64,000 nt of DNA from Octopus sinensis (Eukaryota), in the NCBI RefSeq assembly GCF_006345805.1, contig NC_042999.1, positions 41,602,001 through 41,666,000 of the forward strand, written 5' to 3'. The notes below the pieces were generated by a model. That model ran no database searches and had not been told where the DNA came from. It saw nothing but the letters and a program-made list of their open reading frames with translations. A program made the translations under genes and the position numbers. Of the stretch, positions 1 to 12,768 are shown piece by piece. How positions within the stretch are numbered: position 1 is the first letter of the stretch; each line of letters starts with the position of its first letter.

Positions 1-7
1 CTATCTA

Positions 8-80
<73 letters not shown>

Positions 81-560
81 CATACATACGTACGTACACA
101 CATATCTATACATTACACAGTACTTTCATTGTGCTCCCATAGTTCGTGTTCAATAAAAGTAAAGCAAACAAACATTCATGTAACGATGATGACCTTCTGT
201 CTGAAAAACTGTTGAACTCTAATTATTTACTTGGAATTGGTTAAGGTTTTTATTGTACTGCTGCAACGTGAAACTTCTGCAAAACTTACTCCATTATTTA
301 CAGCCAATTCTTGCTTCTTTTTTAGCTTTGCTTTGCCAATTCCGTTCATAATATATTGTTTCGAAGTGATCACGGCATGATAAACCGAAATAACTAAATT
401 AAACAACAGAACGCTATTTACAACAGATAGTAATTTCCCGCTGCATTCTTCTGTTTTCCGTCAACGTTACTATTACTCACATACTCACCCCTCACCATCC
501 ATCATCCTTCTTTTTCTCCCCCACGCTCTCTTAAACTCTCTATATTTCTTTCTATCGCTC

Positions 561-609
<49 letters not shown>

Positions 610-1061
610 GTGAGTGGTTTTCTCTATATGTTTTCCTTTCTTTACTTTCTGCCTCTCCTAATTTCTTGCGCTTTCTCATATGTTGATGTGCTTATCTGTT
701 TGATACACTCCAGCTGAGATCAGTTTATATGATATTTCTATAAGCTCACACACGCGCGCACACGCACGCATATATACCCCGAAACTAATACATACATATA
801 TCTGTGGGTTCACATATATATATATACATATTATATATATATAATATATATATATATATGTATATATGTATATATATGTATATATATATATATGTATGTA
901 TATATATGCATATATATATATATATATATATAATATATATATATATATCCATATAATACATATATACACATATTTGTGCATATATTTATGTATATATATA
1001 TATTCATTTATATACATATTACATATATAAGCGTATATATAAATATATATATAGGCATATG

Positions 1062-1141
<80 letters not shown>

Positions 1142-1196
1142 GTTTGTGTGTGTATAGACAACCATACATTCCTGAACAGATACACACATTCCTATG

Positions 1197-1236
<40 letters not shown>

Positions 1237-1386
1237 TATAGATATAGATATATATATATACATATATATACAATATATATATATATATTATATATATATA
1301 TACATACATACATATATATATATATATGTATAAAATATATATATAAAATTACAAAAGGGACAAGAACGCAAAACACTCAAAGAGAC

Positions 1387-1431
<45 letters not shown>

Positions 1432-1500
1432 ATAATCGCACATATATATATATATATATATATACATACATACAAATACACACACACACATATTCAGACA
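1..1500. repeat. Compound (TC)n/(TA)n/(TG)n microsatellite field with short unique islands
   Basis: Directly visible dinucleotide runs; ORF-track entries here are YI/HT/RE repeats. Confidence 0.95.
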
Positions 1501-1627
1501 TATACCTACATAACCACGGAGGTACACATACAGCAACCCCCAAAAATATATACATATAAACCACGACACAATTATCACTTCCTTCCGCTCACAATTTCGC
1601 TTTCCTTCTCCAGAAAATTACATTTAC

Positions 1628-1724
1628 TTTTACGTTCAGTTCCTTTATCAAATCGATGTTCGTCACTGCAAAGAATAATGGCAGGCAATAGCAGAAGATA
1701 AACTGTTGCACAAGACATCTTCAT
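1628..1724 (-). CDS. Candidate first coding exon with a signal-peptide-like N-terminus ([32 protein letters not shown])
   Basis: ATG at 1724, hydrophobic core [11 protein letters not shown], possible GT donors at 1633 (GTAAAA) or 1627 (GTAAAT), CCAAT motif near 1788. No homology recognised. Confidence 0.25.
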
Positions 1725-1846
1725 AGCATATCTCGTAGAACGTGAGGTTTAGCAGCCGACCGTCTGTTTCATGTTACGCTGTATTCGACCAATGACAGGA
1801 GCAGTAACTAGTAATCAATACGGTAATACGAAAGAGAGTCTTTTGC

Positions 1847-1897
<51 letters not shown>

Positions 1898-1921
1898 GCA
1901 CACATACATATTTGAATATAG

Positions 1922-1952
<31 letters not shown>

Positions 1953-2901
1953 AGCTTCCTCTGTGTTTAGCCCCCTTTGGGCAATAAGTATATATATACA
2001 TATATATATATACTTATATATTTATAATGTGTGTTTGCGTATGTGTGTGTGTATGTAAGTATATATAAATACACATACATCCATACAATTAGACATGCAC
2101 ACACACTCTCGCGCAGAGTTGCACACGCAGATGTAGTTATGTGTATGTGTGTGTATGTGTGTGTATGTGTGTGTGTTCGTGTGCGCGAGTTTGTGTCTGT
2201 ATGTGTGTGTTTCTGTAAATATGTTCACTTACAAATGTGTTTTAGTATGAATATTTGAATGTTGCGGTCGCTCCGTACTAGAAATGACGTCAACGTTAAA
2301 CTACAATGCCATATATGGAAACCTAATCAATTATACATGATAATCACCAGCCATTGGCGTCGATAATACCCGGTTGGCTTTCGTAGTTTTATTGCACTTA
2401 CTAGACAAATGCACTGAATAATTTGACAATGTTTTCACGGGTCTTTTAAAGTTTATCACCTTAAACGACATTTATTCCAATTTTTATTTTTATTCAACAA
2501 TTGATTAAAATATATAACAAGAATATGCTGATATTTTTTTACGTTAAGTAGAAAACGTTTATAGCATTTTCTGTTCCTTCCACATTTTCGCTTCACTTGG
2601 AATTATTCAAAATTACAGAATAAGTTCCAACAATAAAATAGAATAGATTCTATCGTCTCGATATGCAATATTGAAGCTCGTGAACGGAATTGTGATTGTC
2701 GCCGGAGAATTTTAGTAATTTCTTTTCACTTAAGCGGTGTTAACTTCGTCATTCCTGTAGACAATTACATTTCCTATCGATATAAGTCAGTGAGCTAACA
2801 AAATTTGTGGCACGCCGATCAAACTGCTTAACGGAATTTCATCTACCTTTATGTCCTAAGACGAAATTCTACTGATATCGACTCAACATTCATCCTCTGA
2901 A

Positions 2902-3235
2902 CACTGGCTTGGGAACGAAATTTACTTAGGGGGTGCAAGCCCAGATATAAAATATTTTACGAATAAGTTCATGTATATATATATATTTTACCTCCGCCTT
3001 AGCGAGTTATTTCAGATATTCTCATTTTAAAACACTCTCTGAGTGTTCTTGTTTATTCATGTTCTTTGTTCTTTAACAAGAAACCTAATTCAAGGTACTT
3101 TTTACACATCACTTTTTACTGACTGTTTTCTATACCTGAGGAAAGTAAGTAGGAGGTGCAAATTTGATTTTGCATTCCACAAGAATTTTGAGGGGTCCAA
3201 GCGCTCCCCCTGCACCACCTGTTCACGGGCCTATG
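2902..3235. mobile_element. hAT-like MITE (non-autonomous DNA transposon)
   Basis: Imperfect 15-bp TIRs (CACTGGCTTGGGAAC / GTTCACGGGCCTATG, 10/15) flanked by an 8-bp near-duplication CCTCTGAA (2894-2901) / CCTCTGGA (3236-3243). Confidence 0.55.
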
Positions 3236-3689
3236 CCTCTGGAGAGGTTACAAAATGAGTTTCACTTGAGTAGTTGGGGCGTTGTAATTGACTGGCACCC
3301 TTCCTAAAATTTCAGGCTTGTGTCTATACAGTAGGCAGTATCGGTAGCACTTGGAACAAAATGCATAGCAGCATTTCTTCTGGCTTTACGTGCTGAGTTC
3401 AAATTCTGCCGATGTTGAATTTTGCCTTTCATCATTTCGGGGGTATCCGTTGATCATTGGCGTCGATCTAATCGACTATCCTCACCGCCAAAATTTCAGA
3501 ATTCATGCCCACGCTAGAAGTACTCCTTTTCTATCTATATCCAAACCAAATAAGGTGGCTAGCTGGTAGAATGTTAAGCACACCGGGCAAAAATCTTAGC
3601 GGTATTTTTTCCGTCTGTACGTATTAATATTAATAGTAATACATAATACGATGAAGGTTTTATAGATAGAATACGATATAGCTTCTTTT

Positions 3690-4095
3690 AAGGCGGCGAG
3701 CTGGCAGAATCGTTAGCACGCCGGGTGAAATGCTTAGCGGTATTTCGTCTGCCGTTACGTTCTGAGTTCAAATTCCGCCGAGGTCGACTATGCCTTTCAT
3801 CCTTTCGGAGTCGATTAAATAAGTACCAGTTTTGTACTGCGGTCGATATAATCGACTTAATCCGTTTGTCTGTCCTTGTTTGTCCTCTCTGTGCTTAGTT
3901 CCTTGTGGGTAGTAAAGAAATAGGTATTTCGTCTGCCGTTACGTTCTGAGTTCAAATTCCGTCGAGGTCGACTTTGCATTTCATCTTTTTTCAGGATCGA
4001 TAAAATAAGCTACCAGTTGAGCACTGGGATTGATCTAATCGACTCACATCGTACCCCCTAAATGACTAGCCTTGTTCTAAAATTCGGAGCAAATA
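3690..4095 (+). mobile_element. SINE family A, dimeric copy (tRNA-like head; central GCCTTTCATCCTTTCGGGGTCGAT domain)
   Basis: Head GGCGGCGAGCTGGCAGAA, B-box-like GAGTTCAAATTCC; a second head-truncated unit starts at GGTATTTCGTCTGCC (~3923). Many copies elsewhere in the window. Confidence 0.85.
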
Positions 4096-4622
4096 TTGAA
4101 ACCATATGATAATCATTTATCGATCAATCTGCAAGTGGTTGTTATATAAGATGCCATTGATTGCTACAGAGCATCTGTAACAATCTGTAAACTTGGCTTT
4201 TTTTGAGTAATCGAAAACATTTCTTGTAAAGTATCATCAAACGGTTCATTACTTCTGAAGTCGTACTCAGCAGAAACTTTTTGTGATGTTGCTCTTTATT
4301 CAAAAAATATCACACACACACACAGAGGAGGAGGAAAAGATATTCATGAAATATTTGTAGTGCGCATCTCATCATAAAAGTGGGGAAAATAGAGTTTACA
4401 TCCAAATAATTCTTGGATAAATTTAAAACCTTTCAAAGCATATTTTAATTTTAATAAACGTGACAATTAATACTTCTGCTTTTCACTCTTCATAAATTCC
4501 ATACTTAAGGAGAAGCCCTAATTTAATGAACTCCACTTATCTGTTTGTTGAACTGGTAACGAAACTGCTTTCACGACCATCTTCAACAATAGAGTTGATG
4601 CGAGTATGTTTGAATAGCAGAT

Positions 4623-4654
<32 letters not shown>

Positions 4655-4659
<5 letters not shown>

Positions 4660-5536
4660 TGTTATCAACAAGTATCCAGACTGTTGTTATAGTAACGAAG
4701 CTAAAGCTCGCAGAGTAAAACCGCTTGGCACAGACTGTTCTTGATCTCTGCTGCTGTGCATGCGAACTAAGTTTTAATGTTCTAGCTCACAACTTCGCTA
4801 TTTACAGCAGCACTTGGAAATAAGGTGTGCAGCGTGTGACGGTCGCATTGACCATGAGAGAAAGTTGCTATGGCGATACCTGCTCAGAGGACTACACTAC
4901 GCAAAGTTGCAGGAAGTGTATGAAGAGGAGCGTAAGAGCGGCACACAAGTGTACGAGTGTTTCAGATGTTTCTAAGATGGCCGAAAAACTGGCGATATTG
5001 ACAAATGTTCTGGGAGACCCACAACCAGCAATACTGAGAAAAACATCGCAGATGTGTGTGCAGCTGTGGAGGGAATTTGTCGAATTACCATCGGGGAGTT
5101 ATGAGAAGATGTGCAGATTAGTTACGATCAGTTCAGTTCATTATTCATGAAGATTTGGGTATGAGACACATGTCTGCAAAATTTATGTCAAAACTGCTTT
5201 CAGCTGACCAAAAAGACACTTGGATTTCAGTTGCACAAGATCTCCTTGATTGTGTTGATATCGATGAAAACTATTTTAAAAATCTGCATAGGACTCTGAG
5301 CAGGTTTCGCCAAGCTTTTGGAAAAATTTGATGCAGATTCTATGCTCCGCTTTCTCTGTCATAGTTAATGCAACGACCACATGCTATACACGTTCCTTCC
5401 AAGCACTGCTGTAAACAGCGAAAGTGAGCTAGAATGTTAAAACTTAGCGCGCATGCACCTTAGAGTTGAAAGTCAAACTGTGTGCTTTAGCTTCCTTACT
5501 GTGGCAACAGTCCGGGGACTTATTGATCATACCACG
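4655..5536 (+). mobile_element. Internally deleted mariner-type transposon with long (~180-200 bp) inverted repeats
   Basis: 4655-4850 is the reverse complement of ~5360-5536. Interior translates with stops/frameshifts to mariner N-terminal motifs (SGRPTT...EDLGMRHMSAKFMSKLLSADQK). Right end is followed by TA. Confidence 0.85.
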
Positions 5537-6239
5537 TATATGTCTGGTACATAATGCATAAAAAGGTTTCTGAAAACTGTATTGAATGGCCCCCAAAATA
5601 TTGGGGGTAAATAGTTTTCACTCTTCATAGATGCATTAATATATATTTTTTAATAAGATATACACGTGTGAAAAATAATTGTTGTATTAAAAATATATAA
5701 ATAAATAAATATAAATATGTATAAAAATATATGTAAATATGTACAAGTATAAATATATAATGTACAGTTTAAAAGTTTTGAACTAATTATTTAAAGTATC
5801 TTACGATCGTTTCACAGAAGAGTTGTCCCTATAATGAAATCCTATATTGATAAGCATTTATAGACAACGCTTCTGCTGTTTAGAGATATAAAATTTGAAT
5901 TCTGTATAACATATCGAATGATAGTTTTTTTTTTTTAATTTGAACTAAAACTATAAAATGGCGTTTGTTTGAAAGATAAATTAAAAATTAAAAATTACTA
6001 CTTTTGATGAGAGTTTTTAAATCCATATATACTTCCTTGGTTATTCTTCTGCAATAATCCATAATATTCATATGTAAAATCCGTCATATTATCTTGTGTT
6101 CCAAATATAGTACATCTAGTTAGTTTTGAAATGTGAAATTTGTATATACTTTAGTATGAGAATCTTGAAATTCATATGTCTTCTTGGTAATTCCTTTGAT
6201 AAATGCATTAATATAAATGCGATAAAATTAATTATTAGC

Positions 6240-6598
6240 CCTGCTAGGAAGAGCCTACATCCTACGCAAGAAACTATCAATTCAGGAATATAAAATAAAA
6301 TAACCTACAAACACAAGATAATCTATACAGCAAATACCCAGCGAAATAAACTTCCATCAGCAAGGTGGTTAACCAATGCATTACGCACTCAACACACAAT
6401 ATAAGCAGTAATACAACAAAAGACTGCACCATGCCCAAAGACGTAAACGACTGAAGGAATACTATACCAGGAAGAGTTTGCATACTCTCAACAATAGAAA
6501 TGAACACACAATTTTGCGCACAGCCCAGTAACACGGTGGTGTATCAGGTGATGGAGTACAAATTTGCCTGAAACTATCTAATGTTGGACAATTATATG

Positions 6599-6600
<2 letters not shown>
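6240..6600 (+). mobile_element. R4/Dong-type retrotransposon 3' tip plus 3' UTR
   Basis: LLGRAYILRKKLSI matches the C-terminus of the other Dong copies (LLGTARILRKV); followed by ~300 nt then (ATA)n. Confidence 0.6.
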
Positions 6601-6639
<39 letters not shown>

Positions 6640-6709
6640 TAATAATATAATAATGATAATAATAATCATGATGATGATGATAATAATAATAATAATAATG
6701 ATAATAATC

Positions 6710-6743
<34 letters not shown>

Positions 6744-6769
6744 GGAGGAGGAGGAGGAGGAGGAGGATA

Positions 6770-6801
<32 letters not shown>

Positions 6802-6802
<1 letters not shown>

Positions 6803-8035
6803 GTAATAATTGGAAATTTGAAGGTGGAGTACTTGCGCCGACTGAGACTGATTCTTAAGTCGAAATTACACGGACGGAACAAGATCGAAGCTATCAGCAC
6901 GTGAGCAGTTTCACTCCTTAGATATGAAGCAGGGGTAATCTCATAGACAGTTGATGAACTAAACAGCTTAGACAGAACGAGAAGGAAGTTGCTAAGTAGA
7001 TTTGGGATTCTCTACCCAAAAGGTGGCACAGACAGACTGTATGTACCAAGAAAAAGAGGGAGAAGCGTACTTATTGGATGCGAAAAAAGCATTAGAGCAG
7101 AAGAAATATCATAGCATGGTATGTAAAAAATACCAAAGAAATGCTATTATTGGAAGAAGGTCAGGCTTGTGTAGGATGAACGATTGCAAAGATAAAGCAC
7201 TGTCAAGCAATTGAATACGAATGAAACCAAAAATAGCTGGGTACAGAAAACAATGCATGGACTATTTGATAGGGATGTTGAAGATAAGACAGAAAGAGAA
7301 AAAAGATGTCTGTAGATGACTAAAAGTGATTTAAAACCGGAAACGGAGGCTCTAATCTGTGCTGCCCAAGAGTAAGCACTATGAACAAACTACATAAAAT
7401 ACAGAACGGCCAACACATCAGAAAGAGATAAGTGCAGAATCTGTGTACAAAATAGTGAAACCGTATTGCATATTACCAGTCAATGTACGCCGCTAGTCAA
7501 GAAGGAATATAAGAGACGCCACGACAGTATAGCAAGGCTTGTCCATTGGATACTTTGTAACAAGTATGGACTTGAAAGAGCAAAAATTTGGCACGATCAC
7601 AAACCCCAAAGCATCATCGAAAATGATAATGCAAGGATCCTGAGGGATTTTATGATTTAGTGCGACCATGAGATAGACAATAGGAAGCCACATATGGTCT
7701 TAATTGAGAAAGAAAACAAATGATGATGGATCGTAGATATAGCATGCCCAGCTGACAACAAAGATATGCGATTAGGAGAGAAAATTCGATAGATAGGACA
7801 GGTTAGCTTGGGAGGATAAGCAGTTGTGGTAGTAGTACCAATAATTGTCGGAGCCCTGGGAACAGTGAGTAAAAAGCCCGAGAAGTACGTGGAACAAATA
7901 GAGGCTGCAATAAGAGTGGAGCACTTGCAGAAAACAGCACTGCTTGGAACCGCTCGAATACTCCGGAAAGTATTCGAAAAATAAGTGGTATTGCCTAAGT
8001 TCACTGGTAGCGTTAGAAGCTGTGCAAAGGCAATA
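6802..8035 (+). mobile_element. R4/Dong-type RLE non-LTR retrotransposon, 5'-truncated and degenerate (RT C-terminus, CCHC knuckle, PD-(D/E)xK endonuclease)
   Basis: RLRLILKSKLHGRNKIEAI; DRLYVPRK; CRIC..ETVLHITSQC..KEYKRRHD; VVPIIVGALG; ALLGTARILRKV*. Flanked by (AAT)/(GAT) tracts. Confidence 0.9.
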
Positions 8036-8089
8036 ATGATAATAATAATAATAATAACAATAATAATAATAATAATAATAATAATAAGT

Positions 8090-8790
8090 ATCAAGATAAT
8101 GACAGAATGAGGTAGCCTGAAAGTGTACTCTGCTATAACAAACTTGAGAGTATTGACCACATTATTGCCGGTTGCTCAGTCCTTACTCTCCACAGAATAT
8201 AAAACCAGGCATGATCGAGTTGGCCAATACTTGCACTGGAGCATGTGTCGTCACTATGATATCCCGCACTCCAAGAACTGGTATGAACCCCATCCAAAGC
8301 CAGTTACTAAGGAAGAGAATGTTACCATCCAATGAGATTATGGGATACATACAGTCAGCCAAATAAGTGCTAACACTCCAGGCATCATCATAAAAGACCT
8401 AAGATAAAAACACTCGTTAATTGAGATAGCAGTGCCCACAGACAGATACATCTCAACAAAGGAACATCAAAAACTGTCGAAATATAAGGACCATGAGATT
8501 AAGATATCTTAGACGTGGCAATTAAATACCAAAACAGTCCTTGTTGTTGTAGGTGCCCAGGGAATGATCAAGAAATGTACTGACGAATTTGTTGACCAGA
8601 TTCCTGGGAAACCAACAATCTATGAGACTCATAAAAATGTGTTGACATCAACGGTGCACATTTTCTGGAAATTTTTGTCCATCTAATATATACGTGCCTC
8701 CTTACTCTGGTGGAGATCCGGTCGGAAGGTGAAGTAAAATGCAAATCAATCGGAAAATAATAATTTTCATTATTATTATTTTAATAATGT
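8090..8790 (+). mobile_element. R4/Dong-type 3' fragment (second subfamily)
   Basis: HIIAGCS..EYKTRHDRVGQYLHW..WYEPHP..; its own 3' UTR; AAT flanks. Confidence 0.85.
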
Positions 8791-8985
8791 TTTCTACTAA
8801 AGGCCTGAAATTTTGGAGGTGGGGAGCGATTATTCATTGAATCTACCTCAGTATTTTCTTGGTACTTAATTTATCCACTCTAAAAGGATGAGAAGCAAAG
8901 TCGAACTCGGAGGAATTTTATCTCAGATCATAAAGACAGCCGAATACAGATAAGCATTTCGCCCGGCGCAATAATGTTTTGTCAG
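8790..8985 (-). mobile_element. SINE family A (degenerate)
   Basis: Reverse complement of the family A body and head. Confidence 0.7.
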
Positions 8986-9018
8986 CTCACCGCTTTGATA
9001 ATAATAATAATAATAATA

Positions 9019-9057
<39 letters not shown>

Positions 9058-9065
9058 TGATGATG

Positions 9066-9103
<38 letters not shown>

Positions 9104-9225
9104 GATAATAATAATAATAATAATAATAATTAATAATAATAATAATAATAATGATCATGATAATAATGATAATAATAATAATAATAATAATAATGATAAT
9201 GGTGATGATGATGATGATGATGATG

Positions 9226-9316
<91 letters not shown>

Positions 9317-9329
9317 TAATAATAATAAT

Positions 9330-10051
9330 GATGTCGTCTCCAAATGCAGTCTTCTAGCGCCTACAGAGTACCTCAACAAGCATCATAGAGCTGCACATAT
9401 ATTCACTGGGTAATCTGCAAAAACCTGGATTTGCCCCATGAAAAAAACCGGTGGGAGCACAATCCACCTCCAGTGCTTGAAAATGACCACATCTCACTCC
9501 TCTGGAACTTCATCATTCAAACTGACAGAAAGATAGATGCAAATAGGCCAGATATCATATTGAAAGACTTCAGACAAAGAACATTCCTCCTCATTGATAT
9601 GACTGTCCCAATCGATATAAACGTATCTGTCAAGACCTACCAAAAACTGAGCAAATATAAAGATCTTGAAATAGAAATCAGCAAAATGTGGAACCTGAAG
9701 ACTAAAACAATACCTGTTGTCATAGGTACCCTGGGAATGATAGCGAAAGGGGCTGATTGCTACCTAACTCAGATACCAGGAAACCCCAAAATGGCAGAAA
9801 TTCAAAAGATAGTGCTCATGGGAACTGCTCATATCCTACGCAAAATACTCTCTATGTAATCCCAAGGGTTAAAACAAACTTTTTTAAAAATTTATGTATT
9901 AGACATTCACTAGTACAACACCAAAAAAAAAAACCAAATATATGGCACGCTAGGCATAACAACAACGTGAACTTCCAACCTGTTGTCTCTTGAGGTCTCT
10001 GGGTGAGACTTGGAGCCAACTTGTACAGACATAAAGCAAAAGTCAAACATA

Positions 10052-10055
<4 letters not shown>
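9330..10055 (+). mobile_element. R4/Dong-type 3' fragment with open RLE-domain ORF (9431-9859)
   Basis: LWNFIIQTDRKIDANRPDIILKD..LLIDMTVP..KLSKYKDL..PVVIGTLG..GTAHILRKILSM*; ~195-nt 3' UTR ending in (ATA)n. Confidence 0.92.
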
Positions 10056-10107
<52 letters not shown>

Positions 10108-10108
<1 letters not shown>

Positions 10109-10642
10109 GTGGCTCTCATGGCTTCTGATCTTAACTGATTGGAAGTGTTATTATGTACATTGTTTTGTCTTGGTATAAAAGATGGGCTACAGCAAATATT
10201 CTGCTCAATACCACAGATTTGCTTGTCACTTGTTTGACCTTAACCAGTTGACCATGTCCCTTAGTGGCTGACGATATGTGCATCTCTGATCACGAGCAGA
10301 AGTAGTGGGGGAGCATCATAGCCATGTGTTGAGAGGGATTCTTTGGGGTTTGAATAATTCACCTCTGGAAACATGGGTGGTTCTTTCAACATCCTTAAAC
10401 AACCCTTATTCAGGGACCTCTTGAGCGGGATGGGCTACTCAACCTGAAGAAAATTCTAACTGGGCCCCACCTGCAAGATCATGTGCTGTTTATCTTGATA
10501 TGAGATCACCATGTCGCGCACATATGGTTGTGATGCATGTGCCTGGTGTACCTTTATCAGACGGGTAGTCATGATGGGTATATTGGGCTTCGTATATTTT
10601 ACCCCAGTGTCACTTTGATGGCATGAACTGCTCTCTCACTCA
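10108..10642 (+). mobile_element. Unclassified non-coding interspersed element embedded in (AAT)n
   Basis: Flanked on both sides by (AAT)n; a second, inverted partial copy lies at 24040-24360; no ORF and no clear Pol III boxes. Confidence 0.65.
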
Positions 10643-10934
10643 ATAATAATAATGATAATAATAATAATAATAATAATAACAATAATAACTGTAACTTTGG
10701 GAGGGGAATTATTTTGCCCGGCGTGTTAACGATTCTGCCAACTCGCCGCCTGTAATAATAGCAATCATTTCCTACTAAAGGTGCAAGGCCTGAAATTTGG
10801 TGGAAAGGTAACTTGCCGATTTCCTCGACCCCAGTGTTTCACTGGTACTTATTTATTGTCACCGAAAAGGATGAGGGGCGAAATAGACCTCGGTGTAATT
10901 TGAACTATAAACGTAACTTTCGATAGACTAACTT

Positions 10935-11325
10935 ACTAAGAGACTGGCTTAGCCAGTCTCTGAAAGCTGGATGAGCCGAAAAGGAAGCGTTCAACTTGCA
11001 GTGTCCGGATCCCTGCTTATGAAGCCTATCTAGATAAACCATACAGATCACAGATTGATGAATTCTTATTGTGGACACCCTATGTTGTTCCTATTAGATG
11101 GCCTACAAAATACCGTATCTAGATAAGATCTGGATGACCTGACACTGTTTGGCAATGTCCAAAATGGAGTCTTCGGGAAATCCAGTTTCAGCCTGTCCGC
11201 CAGCTGGAAACGACTGAGCAGGTTTGTGAGATTTGCACACCCTACTTTCCTATACGCCAGTCCCACCCAATCCACACGTACATCCAAAACAGTATTCCAA
11301 ACGCCCACTAAAACTAAAGAACAAG
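10935..11325 (-). mobile_element. L1/Tx1-clade LINE APE-endonuclease remnant
   Basis: GVWNTVLDVRVD..LADRLKLDFPKTPFWT..SYLDTVFCR..CPQ, then DRLHKQGSGHCKLNAS (G.G.WKLN-like motif). Confidence 0.75.
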
Positions 11326-11335
11326 ATGTCCTTAG

Positions 11336-11703
11336 AAATTCCTCCGAGTTCGACTTTGCTTCTCATCCTTTCAGAGTGGATAAATTAAGTACCAAGAAAA
11401 TGCTGAGGTCGATTTATTGAACTAATCGCTCCCCACCTCCAAAATTTCAGGCCTTTAGTAGATAAGATTATTAAAATAATAATAATGAATATTATTATTT
11501 TCCGATTGATTTCCATTTTACTGCACCTTCTGACCGGGTCACCACCAGAGTCACGAGGCACGTATATATTAGATGGACAAAAACTTCCAGAGAATGTGCA
11601 CGGTTGATGTCAACACATTTTTATGAGTTTCATAGATTGTTGGTTTCCCAGGAATCTGATCAACAAAGTTGTCAGTACCTTTGTTGATCATTGACTGGGC
11701 ACC
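11336..11703 (-). repeat. Inverted duplicate of 8552-8918 (Dong 3' end + ATT tract + SINE fragment)
   Basis: Reverse complement aligns by eye across the Dong/SINE junction. Confidence 0.85.
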
Positions 11704-11729
11704 TCAGGGAAAATGAAAATATACCGCAC

Positions 11730-12425
11730 AACTGCAACGGAACTCTGCAGACTGCGTGGGAAGAGGGTCGACATCTTGTCTCACATTGTTAGTACTTGTG
11801 AATGTCTTGTGCAAAAAGAGTACAAGCGTATACACGACAAGATAATCCAAAACCTCCACTGGCTACTATGCAGTAAGTATGGATATGAGGTTACGGGTAC
11901 TTGGTACCACCATACACCGGAAATGGTAATGGACGGAAGGTGGAAGGCAAAAGTACTCGGGGACTTTGACCTCTAGATGGACAAGGTAGTAGAACACCGA
12001 AAGCTGGATAGAATAACCTTTAGGAGAGACAAACAAGAGCGTCTAATAATTGACGTGAAAGTGCGAGGAGATCAACATATCATCATGAAACAAAAAGAAA
12101 AGTTTGTTGAATATGGAGATTTGAGAATCGAGATGTCTAAAATGTGACAGCTAAGTGAGTCGAACACATAGGTTATCCTTATTGTCATCAGAGCATTGAG
12201 TTCAATACCACACAATTTGAAAAAAAAAACATCTGAAACTTTAGATTTACCCTACAATCTAGGCTTTTTTGGAAAAGTCGGCATTACTTGGAACTGCATG
12301 CATATTGCGTAAAGTACTGTCGATATGATGCCCCTGCTGTGACTTGACAAACAGTGCAAACCCCCGGTAGACACAATATCTTCAAACAATAACCTCACGA
12401 TATTGTATACTGTGTGACGTCTATA
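11730..12425 (+). mobile_element. R4/Dong-type 3' fragment (further subfamily)
   Basis: CRLR..DILSHIVSTC..KEYKRIHD..LHWLLC..WYHHTP..; ALLGTACILRKVLSI*; distinct 3' UTR then (ATA)n. Confidence 0.88.
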
Positions 12426-12433
12426 ATAATAAT

Positions 12434-12510
<77 letters not shown>

Positions 12511-12590
12511 TGATAATAATGATAATAAAAACAGCAACAGCCACAACAACAATAATAATAATAATAATAATTATGATGATGATGATGTTG

Positions 12591-12639
<49 letters not shown>

Positions 12640-12668
12640 CAGCAACAACAACAACAACAATAATAATA

Positions 12669-12710
<42 letters not shown>

Positions 12711-12731
12711 ATGTTGATGATGATAATAATG

Positions 12732-12768
<37 letters not shown>

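Noticed and set aside
485-2258. Numerous 60-170 aa ORFs ([12 protein letters not shown])
   Set aside because: They are translations of dinucleotide microsatellites; the same applies at 17.3, 30, 42-47 and 53 kb.
10939-10961. Perfect 11-bp hairpin AGAGACTGGCT-T-AGCCAGTCTCT
   Set aside because: It is short and sits at the edge of a LINE remnant; probably a junction by-product with no supporting context.
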